Assembly (NCBI GenBank): GCA_008632985.1
Contig: QPGO01000207.1
Coordinates: 1-64,000 of the forward strand
Source of the DNA: Psammoneis japonica
Lineage: Eukaryota
Direction: 5' to 3'
DNA length: 64,000 bases
The notes under the pieces are model-generated. The model worked only from the letters and a program-made list of their open reading frames with translations. It was not told the origin of the DNA and did not search any database. This document shows, piece by piece, positions 12,253 through 26,161 of the stretch. Position 1 is the stretch's first letter. Every line of letters starts with the position of its first letter. Made by a program: the position numbers and the translations under genes.

Positions 12253-15200
12253 AGGTCTCTTTCTCAACTGACACACGCTAAAAATTCATGACTGTGACAA
12301 CATTGCTGCCAAAAAAACATTGACATCTTTAGATCCATCACACCTGACATTTTTGCATGCATCCCCCAAGTGGTGAACAATGGGCTGAAGCTGACCTTGC
12401 TGAAGCATGGCTTGTTGCTCCAAGCAAAAAGAAAAAAAATCTCAATTAAAAACAAAGCCATTGAAGTGGAAAGCTTTCCCAGCTGCTCACCTTCCCTTGA
12501 CTCCCAGCACACACAAAATTTCATCAAAACTGACAAACTCACAGCAGCAGTGCAGCCAGCACATCTCCCTCTCAAAACAACAAAGATCACGCATGACAAA
12601 GTCTCAGTGATGCTACACTCCATCACCCTGTGTGACTCTCAAGTGGCAAGGAATCAAATGGTTGGCATCAACAAATGTCTGGCAGATTGTCCATGAGTTT
12701 TTTCTGTGCCAAGGTGATCTGCACAAGTGTCTGGCTTGTGACAGGGACAAAGCCACACAAGAGCTCCAGGTTGCTTTGTGAAGCAACTGAGTTGCTTGGC
12801 ACTGGCAGAGTTCTTCCTGAAGAAAAAAGTGTCACAGTGTGAGATGCCTGCCTTGTCATTGTGGCCACCACCACCACAGCCCTTGCATTGGCAATGAACA
12901 GTTTGTGTCAAGAAAGAACTTTCCAGATCCTGGAGTCATTTCTCTTCTTGTCAAGGTGGCAAGTTGTGAACACCTTCTTGATCTGCTCCAAGCATTGCAC
13001 AAAGTGCTCATTTCCCAGCCTGGTGTGACACTCTCTGTTCCCACCAGTGTTGCACAAAACAAAGCAGCTGCTGGCTGGCTGCTGCCAATGTGGCACCACA
13101 GCAAATAAAGCAGCAGCTGGTGGCTGACATGGCACAGCGTTCCTGTCTACACTGGCACTGGCAAAGCACAAAATGAGTGAAGCAGCACCCCAGATGCTGG
13201 CTGACGACACAGCATCTCAACCCCAATGGAAGGTTTCACCATCCCTTGAGGAGGACAAAACATCACAACATGAATCCTGTGTGCAGCTTTGCGAAGTGAC
13301 TCCAAACTGTGGGCTGTGTGTGCGTTCCCTCCCTTCCCTGAAAAGTTGGTTTTTGCCACTTTTGGTGCACTTTTTGTGGTGTGCTCACTGTCCTCTTTGG
13401 CCAATGCCACACCTGCTCCAATCAGTTGTGCCAAACTTTGTCCTTCCTTTCTAGAGTTGCCAAGCACTCAAACAACACCACATTGCTGGGCTGCTGAAAA
13501 GTGAGTGTTTCCTGCTGTTTTTTGGGGCAGGTGCAACAGCAGCAGATCCACCTGGCGCTGGTCTGCTTGGGCACCCAGGGCTGCTTTTGGGCCAAACAAA
13601 AGGATTTTTTGAAAGTGTGCTTTGTGCAAAGGAGTGTTCTCCACCTGTCGTCCATGTGCCACCAACCTGCCTGCATGAGGCTTTTTGGTCTCCTTGGTTG
13701 GGCACACTGGATTGTCCAGAAGCTCCCCCAGGCCAACTTCCCATGCCTGCTCATGAGGCTGGGTGGCATGTCTCATCTGGTGGCAACAGCTCCTCCATCC
13801 CGCACCTCCATGGTGCAAAGATGCTCCTCCTTCTCAAACATCTCCTGAAGAGATGTTTGCTGGTGTGAGTTGGAAAAAGCCAAAGGCAGAGCAGAAATGG
13901 CAAAAGCAAGCAGAGAAGAAAAGGAAGAGTTGTGTCCAGGTTCTGTGCTGAATGGGGCTGACAATCCTCCCTGTGGATGAAGTCCTGGAACAGCTTGACT
14001 CATGCTGCTTCATCTGTCTCCTTGGCTTTGACAGAGCTGGCTCTGTCTCTCTCCTTCAGAAATCAGTTTTGACCTTCACTCAGCATCTCCCAGGGGAACA
14101 CTGGTGTCTTGAGCTTCTTCCCTCCTTGCTTGGTCATCAGATGCTGCTCTCATCATCTCCCTGACATTTGCAGTCAGCTTGGCCACATGAGTGTCCACCA
14201 CTTTTTTTGGATCTGGAGAGGTCACATGCCAAGAGCAAAATGTGGTGTTTTGCAGGGGCAGGAGCAGTGCTGGCTGCCAGTTTGTGAAATGATTGCAAGC
14301 ACTGAGACAATGAGGGTGGCATGGGATGACAAGTCACAGCAGAACATCAAAAAGCTTGGAAGGCCACAGAGCCCACAAAGGCTTGAGCACTGGTGCCTGC
14401 TGCACCCAATTGCAAAGCACAGGTGCAGATTTGGAAGTGACTTGGCCTGTGTTGCCTCTTTCTTGAAGCCAACAATGTGCTGGTCCATGCACAACTGCTG
14501 GCACAGCTCTTGTTACAAGAAAAATGAAAAACTTGCTGAAAGCACTGGGAGATGGTGCCCAACATGGCACACCACATTCTTTTGCCAGCAGTGTTGGTGC
14601 AGTGTCTTTGAGCACACTTCTGACCTTGCTCCTGCAAGGAACTCCATCAGTGTGGCTCCAGGGTTCAAACTGGTCATGTCACTGATGTGTCCAGGAACTC
14701 ATTCAATGCTTTGGGGCTGCTGAGAGGAGGAGGCACCAGAGCCATGTTTTGGGAGACACTGGTGTGTCATCATCATCACTTTGGTGAATGAGCCACAAGA
14801 GGCTGCAAATGGGTGTGACAGCGGCATGTTGTCATGGGTTGTGAAACTGCCATGTGAAGACACACTTGACACAGGGTGTTTGGATGGGGACCTTCTGTGC
14901 AGCAACTTGACTTTGTGTGACTGCAGCTCCAAAGATGTTGCCCAAAGTTCACACAGCTTTTGCAGAAGTGTGCTGAAGAGATTGGCAGTGGGTTTTGTGT
15001 TTGGTTGTCTGGACAGGGACATGAGTGTGGCACACCCATGAAAAAATGACAAAGTTTCTGCAAAAGGCATTGAAAATAGACAGAGTTCCTCAATCTTGGG
15101 CAAGGCATCATTTTGGCTGCAATTTTCTGGAGACACATCATTTTGAAATCTGGCATGCAGCCAACAACAAGAGCATCTGAGGCACTGTTCTCTGTTTGAG

Positions 15201-16599
15201 CAGAGAGCTTGTGCTGCCAATCTTGTGGGAGCTGAGTGCCAGCATGTCAAGGCATGTTTTTGTGCCTTTCTGCTGGGTGTCCAACAACAGCTGCAAAACC
15301 AAACATTGAGATGATGGGATCATTTGCAAGCCACAGGTGCCCATCTTAGGGCACTCCAGCATGGAAAGTGAGTTTCATCACAGCACCATTGCTTTTGTGC
15401 TCTCTTTGTTTCTTTTTACAAAGGAAACTCCTCAATCTTTGGTCATGGACCTTTTGGGTTTGTGTTTTACAAGAAGTGCTTCAAAATGCTTTGCAAGTTC
15501 CCCCCTCTTTGATGTCTCCCTTGCTGAGTTTCATCTTGTCTTGTTTCTTGTCTTTTCTCCCGTGTTGCTTGTCTTCAGGATTGTGCACTTTTTTTCAAAG
15601 GAGCTTGCACTTGACTGCTGGTGCTGTTGGGCACACCTCTCAACCTGGCTGCTCTCTCCAGCAATGCTGCAGAATGCACGGCAACCTTTTCAATGTCATT
15701 TTCAAGTTCATTGCCAAGCCTTGTCACCAAGGCTTTTTAGTTTCCTTTGTTTGTGCAATGCACGGCATTTACTTTTTCCTTTCTCAAGGTTTTTTGCAGC
15801 TGGCTTTTGCTGGCATGCCACTTGGCACATGCAGAGTGGAGAGCACAAAATTAAATTTCACATGCAAGTTTGTCACTTGTGAGTGCAAAGTTTTCACCTT
15901 CTTGTCACTTGCCTTTTTCCTCTGGCTGCAACCAAGGCCCAAAAGAAGCTGCTCAACTGAACTTTCAAATGTTGGCTCTTTGTTCTTTGAATTGTCACCA
16001 TGGCAATCAGCTGCACTTGACATGAGCTCTTTGGACAGGGTTGTCTGTCTGGACATGCTTCATTTTGTGCTCTTCTTTTTTCTTTTTCTGAGCTCAAGTT
16101 TGGCTGGCTGGGCTTTGTCACAAAGCTTTTTTGCCTCCCTGGACATCAAAACAAGATCCTTCAGACTGGCTCTTGAAAACTTCAATTCTTTCATTTTCTG
16201 AACTGTCAAGTGTTTCTGCATGGTTGCAGGCAGCAACCCTCCATCTGCCATTTGATCACATGTGAGCACTCTGCATGCCTTTCCACAGTGGTGTGAGTTC
16301 ATCATTTGCCATTTCAATCTCAATCTCCAGAGCTTCCAATTGCCTCCTGCAGGCTCTCACCTCTTTTCTGTCAAGTCTTTTGCACATCAGTTTGTCCATT
16401 GTGTGCAAATGCTTGAGCACATCTCATGTTGATGCAATCCCAGATCAGATTTTCTGCAGCTCCTTTTGCTTTTGCACACCAGAAAGCCCATTTAAAAGAA
16501 ACAAGGGCTTTTGCACCATGAGAGCAAGACATGGGACTCCAGCTGAGCCACTGCCCTGCAGATGTGTGTTCACAAATTTCAGTGTGGAGGTCACTCCTG

Positions 16600-18045
16600 C
16601 AACACACGGAGTTAGATTCTCTGTCAGGCCCTGAGCATCCTGTGACAATCTTGGCCATTGCACAGAGTTGCCTGCTGAACCTCTGATGACATCAATGAAC
16701 CTTGTTCATGCAAGCATTTCAGCACCCCTCCTCAGCATTTTTAATGCAGTTGAGGGCCCCCCATTGACTGCAACCATCACAAAATCATTGCATGCCTCAC
16801 AAAATTCATTTTGTTTTGTGCCAAAGCTTTGCATGTGTGGGGCATGGCACTGTTTCCACCTGCACAAAAGACACAGCACTGGCAAAACCTCCATCATCAC
16901 TGCACTGTGCACAGCTGCAGATGTCTTGCATTGTGTGCGTTTTGATGCTGCACACTTCTTGAGCATTGCCATTGTGAACAAGTGAGCACTCTGTCAACTG
17001 CAATGGTGACAAAGCCACCACTGCAATGACTGACATGTTTTTTTCACTCAGCCCTTGTTCATCACAAAGTGGTGCCTGGCACTGGCTCTGCATCATGCAC
17101 CCTCAGCAGCACATGCACCAGCAGAATTTCTAGCTGCAGTTGTCACTCTGCATTGAACCAACCATTTTTGTGTGGATTGGAGATCCATCCTCCCCTGGCA
17201 GGTCCCCTGACTGATTTCTTGTTGGACCAGGTCCAAACATGCAGTGTCACAGAATGCAAAATGCACACATCAAACAAAATTGTGGGCAGCAGTGCTGAGC
17301 ACATCAAACGAAGACAGAGGCTCTTCTTTGTGAAGCCACTTGCCTTCCTTTGAGAGCAGTGCTTGCCTGAGCACCTGCCTTTTTGGGATGCATGGGCTCA
17401 GCTGTGGCATTGTGAGCTTGAGCTTTTCAAGGTGTGGAAGTTGTTTCTCCATGCTGGATGTTGCCACAACCCCTTTCCAGAGTTTTTGATGGATTGTGCA
17501 AAACTTGAAGCCACGCACCGTGTCACATCCTGTGCCACATGTCCGCCAGAGAGAGTGCAGATGTCATGCACATGCCACCATCAGTTGGTTTGGGCAATCA
17601 AGCCTCCCACTTTTTCCACAACTGGCAACAGTCAAGGAAAGTGAGGCTCACATCCAAACCCTCCTCCCAGCAAGTTCAAGATGATTTTCCATTGGGTCCA
17701 TTTTCCCAGGTGACAGCATGAGCCTGTCAGCTTTTCAACAACACTTTGAGCCAGCCACACTTGTCTGATGCAGCCACAAGTCTTTTCCAAGGTTGACCTG
17801 ATGTAATTTCGAGTGGGGAGGGTTCATGCTGGATGATTCAACTCAAGCCATCATTTGAAGACCAAACAGTGGGGAGAGCGACGAGCCCGGTGCGTGAATG
17901 CATGTCTTACATCCACGCTACGAGTGAATGACCAACAAGCAAAAAACGACTCTGCTTTATGACATTGCTCATTTGTCAACTCGAATCCGCATTCAGCAAC
18001 GGTTTCTGGAAAGCATTTGGTGATAAGATCAGGTGGTATCTTCAT
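16600..18045 (-). pseudogene. Possible hAT-like transposase remnant
   Basis: AESFFACWSF...FK*WLELNHPA*TLPTRNYI resembles the F..P.Y.LP.R N-terminal hAT region. An SDN-like motif lies near 17140. Heavily decayed. Confidence 0.35.
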
Positions 18046-18243
18046 TGGAATGGGCCGTTTTCCTACCGTACGTCATTGAACTTCACTTTTAAAATGACTC
18101 GATGGGATTCTTGACCTCTAAAATTCCTGCTTTTGTGTAAGAAACTACAAGAGCCAGTCTCCGCAACTGTCAACTAATTTTAAAAGACTCGACTACTGCA
18201 GTTTCTTCGGACAGTTTCTGCCAATGCTGCAACGACATAAGCG

Positions 18244-20000
18244 CTAAATCAAAGCTCCAGGGATCGGCTTGTTGTGAAACATGGGCCTCGCTAGTAAGTC
18301 CTTGCGAATCGTCTCGATCATATCAGCCTTGACTCCCGCATAACCTGGGTCATTCCACAGGTTCTTCAACTCGCCAGGATCCTCGTTCAAATCATACAAT
18401 TCTCCTTCGGTTCCGTCGTAGGTTTTACTACGCTCGTACACGACACACTTGATGTTGTCTGCAAACATGCTATTCATAACAATACTTGCATCCGGTGTGT
18501 GACTCTCGTACTGAGTAAATGAATATTCTCGGTTTTGGTCCTTGGCTTCCGTGTCTGAAGTTGGCAACGGCTCGCCGTCCATCCACTCGGGCACGTCAAT
18601 GCCAGCAATACTGCACCACGTGGGTGCCAAGTCAATCGAATTCACTGGCTTTGTCACAACTGAAGCAGGAGTGTTGGTGCTGCTGGATGGTTTCCAGATC
18701 AATGGCAATTTACAAATGTGATCCGTCATGCTGGGACCAATCAATAGACAACCAAAGGCACCGTCCATGCCGCCGTGATCAGGTACAAAGAAGATGTCGG
18801 TATCTTCCAAGACACCATTTTTCTCGAGGTGGTCAATAATCTTGCCAACGCCATCGTCGATGAGCTTGTTTGAAGTGTAAATCTTTTGATGAATTTCCCG
18901 AATGTGATCACTGGTGAGTTTGTCCCTGTAGGAGAATCCTCGCATGCTTCAAAGGACACAAACTTCTCGCCAGTCCACCAAGGTTCCCAGTGCCAGGGTT
19001 TTTCCTTGAGCCACGCAAGCCGCTCTTCTTCTGACTTGCCAAAAGCCTTGTAGGGTTCAATATCTTTCCAGGAAATGTAATCTTCAGAAGAGGGTGGATC
19101 GTAAGCGTGATGCGGATCTCCGTAAGAGGCCCAGACAAACCAGTCTTCTTCATCATCTAACGAGTCAATGTACCGAATGGTGTTGTCGGTAGTCCAGTCA
19201 GTTTGGTAGACTTCTCGGGGCATCTTGTTGTCCTTGACGAACACAGCACCTGTCTCTCCCCCTCCCTTGACATTCATTTCTGAATGATCACCAGCTAGAT
19301 TGAGTAGCTGGTAGTACTCACCGACATATTCCGGGTAGTTCTCACGCAACCAAATGCTGTAGTGTGAGTTGAAAGGAACGGACCCATGAGCATGTAGCTT
19401 CGCAAAGTCAAACCCCCGAATCGGACCATAGCGGTTCAGGTTTCCCAATTCTGATTCTAGAGATGTCGGTGCTGAGAAGGGCTCCCAGTGTGCTTTACCA
19501 ATAATCGCCGTGCGATACTTGGCGTTATCGTGGAGTACATGGGCAATTGTCTCGGTATCATGAGGAAGAGGGATCCCGTTGTTCCAGCTTCCGTGCGTTC
19601 TCGTGTACTGTCCGGTAATCATGCTGTTCCGACAGGGCATACACAGCGGATTCGGATTACGGGCATTGTCGTAGCGAATACCTTCGGCAGCAAGCTTGTC
19701 AATGTTGGGAGTCTTCGCGTAAGGATCTCCATAGTAGCCAAGTGAATCCCATCTCATCATATCAGTGGTGATGAAGAGAATTTTTCGGCCCTTCTTCTTT
19801 TTCTCAGCAGCCTTTTGCTCGGCATGCCGGCGAGTTGAAGACGTCTTCGTTGGGGAAGCCAAGCCCCAGGCGTTTCGATCATCGTAATGCACTCGCTGAC
19901 GGGGGCCCGCTCCGAAAGATTTCGGGACAGCAAACCCCCAAGCATGGACAAGGCAAATCGAGCAGAGAGCTGCTAACAGGAGCATCGTAGAGTCAGCCAT
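18244..20000 (-). CDS. S1 (formylglycine-dependent) sulfatase; apparent 1-bp frameshift near 18945
   Basis: ILFITTDMMRWD, CMPCRNSMITG (CxPxR), GKAH, DPHH, DHG, ELYDLNEDPGE motifs. N-terminal signal peptide. Confidence 0.9.
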
Positions 20001-20369
20001 CACAAGAAATGGCTTCTTGTATGCTTGTGTCTGACAACAAGAACATAACAGTCGGTCAAAAGATCTTTGATATTTTTTTCTGTGATGATGTTTGAAGCTC
20101 ATGACCTTTCTTGTCGTGATTATTTTCTTTCAAAAAAGCGCGAAGAAATGTAGGAAAATAAGTATCGCTTTCGAGGTTTTTCATATGCTAAACATATCGC
20201 ATTTTTCGCGCGATTGGAAAAAAGATCCGCAAGCGACGCGACGACGACTCGATCTTCGCACACTCGCAATGAACGAGCGCACAATGGCGTCGTCGCTCAA
20301 CATCGCAATTGTATTCAATTCATTTCTTTCACCCCCCAACATCGTAGTGATTAAGGATCCTACCCAATT

Positions 20370-22253
20370 TCTCAGCGACGAAATGGCGAAAACATGGCAA
20401 TGGCGCATCAACACGGATCCTGAATTAGCTGCGAGTTTCGGATTGCTAGGGCCCTATCTGTAGACGAAGTGTACATGCCTTGGACCCGAGATCAACGGTG
20501 CTCTTGAGAGAGTTCAAACGGGCCTCTCACAAGAAGATTTGGAAAAGTTGTCGACTGTTGACCGCTTGTCGTACACTTTGTATGTAAATTGAACTTCGGG
20601 ATTATTTGAGCTACACTCGAAATCACCGAGCATTTCTGTGTCGCATAAATCGGCTTGAAGGTCCCCAAACAGATATAGGGCCCTAGCGCTGTATGCACGG
20701 TATTTGTCTCTTGTCACTCGAGCCGATCGAGAATTCCATCGGGCTTTCTTGTTAGCGATTCCAGTACAAATCAAGGAGGTTCAGGAGTTATTGGCGAAAG
20801 GATTGGTCGAAAAGCGGACCCCACCACTGATTAGCCTCGACGGCGTCGTGCCGCAGATTCGAGGTGGCGTCGAGGGAGAATTGTCATCTTTAGAGATCCA
20901 ATCAATGACTGTTTTCAATTGCGTGACGAGCAAGCTTTGAAAGGACAGAGTGAGGAGTTGCTTGACGGGCCAGTTTCCCTCGCATTCAGAACCCTCGCAG
21001 AGTTTCTCGAGAACGACTACATTCCGTTTTTGAGGCGGATATCAGCGCAGTCACTGGATATCCGAATGGGGATTCCTAATATCAATATTGCCATACATTC
21101 CACACAACGACGTCCATGAGTCCTCAGAAGATTCATCAGCTTGGACTAGACGAGGTGGAGCGGATAAGGACGGAGATGTTGGACGTGGCCGCTCAAGATG
21201 GTACGAAGGACGTCTCGAAGACAACACTGAACACCTAAGAACATCCAAAGATTAAGAACCCGAGTCCGGTCAAGCCTTATGTGCACACTACCATGACATT
21301 ACATGCCAGAAATGCTCAAGCTCTTTCACCTCACGACGCTCCCCCGTTCACCCTTTTCGATTGCGGAGACTCCAGCTGCCCACGCTTCCATGGCACCTGC
21401 TGCATACTACTCCGGAGTAGACTTGGCTAGCTCTGCAGATCCTTCGGCACCCAGGCCTGGCACACTTTACGTAAATCACGTCGAAAATTGCTACGCGCCG
21501 AACATATGAGTGTGAGGCTCTGGCTCTTCACGAGGCGGTACCTCGACACCACACGCAAGGATCAGTCCAAGGCGAAATGGAAGCACTCCCTGACTTCCGC
21601 CGTTAACCAAGAAGACAGACGGTACTTTGAGGCACCCTGTAGAATTCCATTTTACACTGGCTATATTGAAGGTTGGGGTTTGCACTGCGAGACGTTGGGC
21701 GAGGAACTCGGTTCCGTCGACAAAATGGGACAACTTTCCATGGAGGCACTACGTTCCTGTCGCCTAGTAGTAGTTGTCGATACTGGCATGCATGCCATGC
21801 GATGGTCCATCGTGCGAAAATGCAGTCGTGAAGCTTGAGGATCCCATCAGGGTTTTTGACCAGTGACCGTCGACAAAATGGGACAACTTTCCATGGAGGC
21901 ACTACGTTCCCGTCGCCTAGTTAGTAGTAGTTGTCGATACTGGCATGCATGCCATGCGATGGTCGAACGAAAAGGCTCTGCGATACATGCCCGAAAACAC
22001 AGCAACTTGTGAACATGACGCCAGAACAGAAGTGAGCCGGTGCTTGACCTGGCCTGGGCAAGCGACCGCGCAAAAAGGTGGCGAGCGGTTCATTCGAAAG
22101 CTTCGAACAAAAACTGAGACCATGTTGGGAGACAAGTTTGACCCGAGAGATCGGTATCATGTCATTCTCAGCTGTGGTCCGGTCCCTTCAAATTTTCTCG
22201 AAGGTCTCGTCAACGACTCTAGATTGGCAAACAACTCCCACGTTGCAACTTGA
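20370..22253 (+). pseudogene. DUF885-family pseudogene
   Basis: Fragments [48 protein letters not shown] in different frames with stops and deletions. Segment 21714-21807 is duplicated at 21867-21964. Confidence 0.8.
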
Positions 22254-22347
22254 TCTCTGACGTCGGTCATATGAACGACAAAACAGAGCCTCAATCGTTA
22301 CTAGTGGTCTCTTTCTACCTCGCAAAGATCTCACAATGAGTTTCTTA

Positions 22348-25300
22348 CTAGTCTATCCCACTTAACTCCTGGGTGATAATGCAATGAAATAGCCAACTGG
22401 TAGTCACCTGTCTCGCTCCCTTTCGTAACGCCCTTGCAACTTCCCGAGTCGAAACTTGTTTCTTGGGTGCTGGGTCGCTCGTAATTATCAAGACACGCGA
22501 GAGGTCGACATTTGCAACTGCCTGTGAAGATACCGAATCCAGCCAAACTCCGTCTGCCGCAGACACAATGAGTCGCAATTCACTTTCTGGAGGGGCTTTG
22601 TTACCCGCGACACCTTTGCAGATGTAAACATACCAGGAAGACAGTAAAAACACATCTCGCCTCCTCAGAGCATCCCCATTCTTTAGCGTTTCTCGCATGG
22701 AAAAATTGTACTCCTCGTGAGCAACTTTGTCATCGAGAAGAAGAAAGTCCCCGCCATCTAAGACACGACGGGCCTTCGCTGACTTAATCAACCAGTCCAT
22801 GTGTACAATGTTGGAAGTCCGACAAAGGCCAATCATGAGTTTTGGGGTGCGACGTAGAGGCGTGCTATTATCCCCTGCAATGACATGCGTAGCCTGAATG
22901 GAATCTTCTACCTCATCTAGTAGGGTGCCGCCAAGTTTTTCAATCATCTGTCACCACAAGAGGAAACAAGAGGGTAAGATACATACCACACTCACTAAAA
23001 GAGAAGATTGAAAGACAAGTTTAATTACCAGTTTGTGGCGTTGTGTCGCCTTGACTCCCGTCGTAATAACTTTCAGCGATGCCTCGGCTTCAGTCTTCGT
23101 TCGTTTTGAAGGCCGTGTTGGGGTAAGAGAAGCCCTTGTGCGCTTACGCGGAGCTGCTGTCGAAGAGTTTGAAGTGGTATGTTTTCGAGCACTCTGCTCT
23201 TTCTTCCCCTTCACTTCCGTTCTCGCTGTGCCCGGCGATGCATAAGATGTTTGACCTGTGTCTGGAAGTTCTGCTGCGGTCTGATCCCGGGATCCGTTTT
23301 CATTTGAATCTGGACCTACATCTCCACTGTCAGTCCTCAGTGCAGTGGATGGAGTGGCACCGCTTTCTTGCGTTTCTATAGGATTCTGTGATGACGCGAG
23401 ATCAGTCGACACGCTCGGCTTTCCTTTGGCGTTGTCGATTGTGCCTTTCGTTGGCGTCGAAGAGGAAGGGATCGGGCCCGAGTCGGCATTTGTTTCATTG
23501 CCAACTTTCGGTGTCTCTTCTATCGACGTTTGTTCTACTTTAGCCGATTCTCCCCTGAGTTCATCCAAGTCATGGGCTGCGTTTCCTTGCCCTTTTCTGG
23601 CACATTTTTCGACTTCGGATTGATCCAAAATTCTGTTTTCATGCGTATCCGTGCCTGAATCTCCAATTTCAGTCTTCGGTGTGGCGGTTGGAGTCACACC
23701 GATTTCATGCGTTTCTAGGTTCGGTGATGATGCGAGATCAGTCGATACGACTGGCTGTCTTTGGTATCGTCGATAACGCTCTTCGTTGGCATCGAAGAGG
23801 AAGGGATCGAGCCCAAACCTGGCGTTTTTTCTTCGGACTCGGCACTGATCAAGGCGCTAGCGCTTGTTTCAATATCCACTTTTGGCGACTCATCCAACGA
23901 CTTCTGCTTTCCTTCAGCCGACGACACCCTAAGTTCTTCCGAACCGTGGTCTACGTTTCCTTGTGATGCTTGTTTGTCACATGTTTCGCCAACAATATGC
24001 GCGGAAGAAGGCGAACGAAATTCAGAGGCCACACCTACATCAACGGTCGGCTTGACGCTGTCTTCATTTGAGGCTTCAATACATGCTTCAGGGCTACCCT
24101 CCAACGCAGTAGCTACTTGACCATTCTCTTTAGACTTCGATACTGGATCATCGACAAACTCGCTAGCAGAACCAGTTACAGCTTCCTTCTCGACCTTCCC
24201 TGGTCTCGCCTGTTCAGAACTCTTTGCACAACCTGCTGCTGTTTTTTTCAGATAATTTGGTAATATGTTGGTGTCTGGAGCAAATGACTAATCCGATGAG
24301 CACTACCAACCGGACCGGTCATCATGGCGCCGCCCGATACCTTGTGTACATCATTACCATATTCTTCCGTTTCTGCAGTGTCAATGTTGCTATGTGACTG
24401 TTCGCTCTGATTTCTGATACCGTCGTCTTCAACGTCAATGCCGTAGTCGAACATTGGTTGAGTAGGCCCGTCCTCATCATCTAGAGACGCATTGTTGATT
24501 TCTTCGCGCTCATCATTAAGAAGACTGCAGGTCGTCTCAGAGTCACTATCATTGTTGCGGTCCTTGTCGTTCATTCGACTGTCCCTAGCGCGTTGCTCAT
24601 AATTCGACGCCGGCCTCTGAGATCCATTAGTTTTGCCATGATCCATTTCATCCACAGGATTGTTGTTTGCCATTTGACAATCCGTGGATTGGGAGAGTGG
24701 TTGAGTTGGTTGGTCATAAAGGTCGGAAGCATCTTCAACTGGGTGGTCTAATGATCTCTTGGAAGGTGAAACGGGACGTTCACTCATTGTCGTTTCGTCG
24801 TCGGAGTCTTTTCCTTCTTCCTGAGTACTTTGCTGTGTTGACAACCCAAGGTTATTCATCGGAAAGACTTGAGTTGCTTCCCCCTCTTCTTCCTCTGAAC
24901 TGCTGCCTTCAGCAGATAACTCTCCGTCTCGCATACGTGTGTCATTTCCTTCGTAACATTGAATCGCATTCGCGAGTCCTGAATTTACAGCGTCAGCCTT
25001 TGACTGCGCAGTGCCACCTAGGGTGTCTTCCTCCTTTCGAACACCATGCTCCGAAGCACCATCAGTGTCCGCCACATCGATCCCTTTCTCGTCGGTCTTG
25101 GTCAAATTAGGTCGGGGGGACGCTTTTCCATCCTGGTTTTGACTGAAATGGTCATATACTACACCGGGGTTTGGATCCTCATCTCCGGTAATGGCTGAGA
25201 CATAACCCTGATCGGCAACTAGTATCTCTCCCGTGAGATATGATTCCTGATCCATATCATCACTAGATGATCCTTTTCTGTTTCCAGTTTCATTCTTGCT

Positions 25301-26161
25301 TGAAGGTTTCTCCACCAGGTCCTTGGACTGAAGTATCACGGCTTTGCTTGTACTCGCACTCGTAGAATCAGACAGGTGTTTGGTCGCAGGTTTCGAAATT
25401 TTTGTGACCTTTCCGGTAATGCTATTTGTAGGTCTCGTTGACATTGCGGGGTCTGCTACATTTTTCTCCTCTTCCATTGACTGTGCTGTGTGATCCTTAT
25501 TCCCTCTGTTCTCTGTGCATGGGCGAGTCTGGTATTCCAAAATAAGACCCGCGGTGGCTGAGTGTCTTGAAGCGTGCTCCAGAAAGATGCGATCGCCCTT
25601 TCGTAGAAGCCTTAGCTGACGTCTCGGCAGTGTCTGCAACGATCGTTTGGTCTCCACCTTCTCATCAGAAAAGTATGCTTTCTTTCTTTGGTTGCTATTA
25701 GTATCCACTTTATCGGAGCCAGCTTGGTGAGAATTTGCAGTTCTCCGATAGAGCGATACCTGCATCGCTTCATCGTCGGGTATTTCAGTTGGAAGTCCTT
25801 CCTCTTTTCTCGGTCTTGTGTCTTTGATTGCAGCAACTTGTCCGTCAACATCCACGCATATAAAAGACTTTTCAGATGGTACAGACCTAATGGACGCAAT
25901 GACAACCTTGTTCTTTTCAAGCGCGATCACGAGCCAGTTCTCGCCTTCCTGCAGTGCTTGTCTTTCAGGTGAAACCCCTTCCCCTGATGTACAACCCACA
26001 TCATCGAGGCTTGCAACTCTTATGAGTTCATGGAAGCACTCGGTATGACCATGTTGGCGAGGGCTCGCATCTTCGTTTTCGCTCGTGTGCACCATATGAT
26101 CCATGTGGAAAAAAAAGAAAACTCCCTCCGACACTGACACTGCAGCAGTTCCAAGCTCCAA
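22348..26161 (-). CDS. Large DNA-damage-response-type protein with C-terminal tandem BRCT domains (MDC1/PTIP-like); intron ~22948-23028; apparent frameshifts near 24270 and 23757
   Basis: LGG...ATHVIAGD...LRRTPKLMIGL...IVHMDWL and VTTSWLFHCI. Long acidic S/TQ-containing middle. Possible FHA-like N-terminus (LLRKGDRIFL). Start uncertain. Confidence 0.7.

Larger units (their letters stand above)
8100..17900. mobile_element. Block of hypermutated, degenerate transposon/repeat DNA (TpA- and CpG-depleted)
   Basis: Near absence of TA and CG, excess TG/CA, internal tandem duplications, no intact gene. Boundaries approximate. Confidence 0.8.

Noticed and set aside
8300..17800. Dozens of overlapping Cys/His/Gln-rich ORFs, also at 54800-63800 and including the 397-aa ORF at 10362-11555
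   Set aside because: Artefact of TpA loss: TAA/TAG stops are removed and TG/CA codons are enriched. The longest ORFs simply translate a minisatellite.
8100..18070. Terminal inverted repeats defining one hAT element
   Set aside because: No matching TIR or TSD pair found; probably nested or truncated fragments.
2310..24300. Frameshifts in RGP1, the phosphatase, the sulfatase and the BRCT gene read as pseudogenisation or programmed frameshifting
   Set aside because: Most are fixed by adding one base to a short homopolymer (e.g. ~4142, ~5070, ~18945, ~23757) with no other decay. This is typical of long-read consensus error; check with short reads. Such indels cannot explain context-specific transitions.
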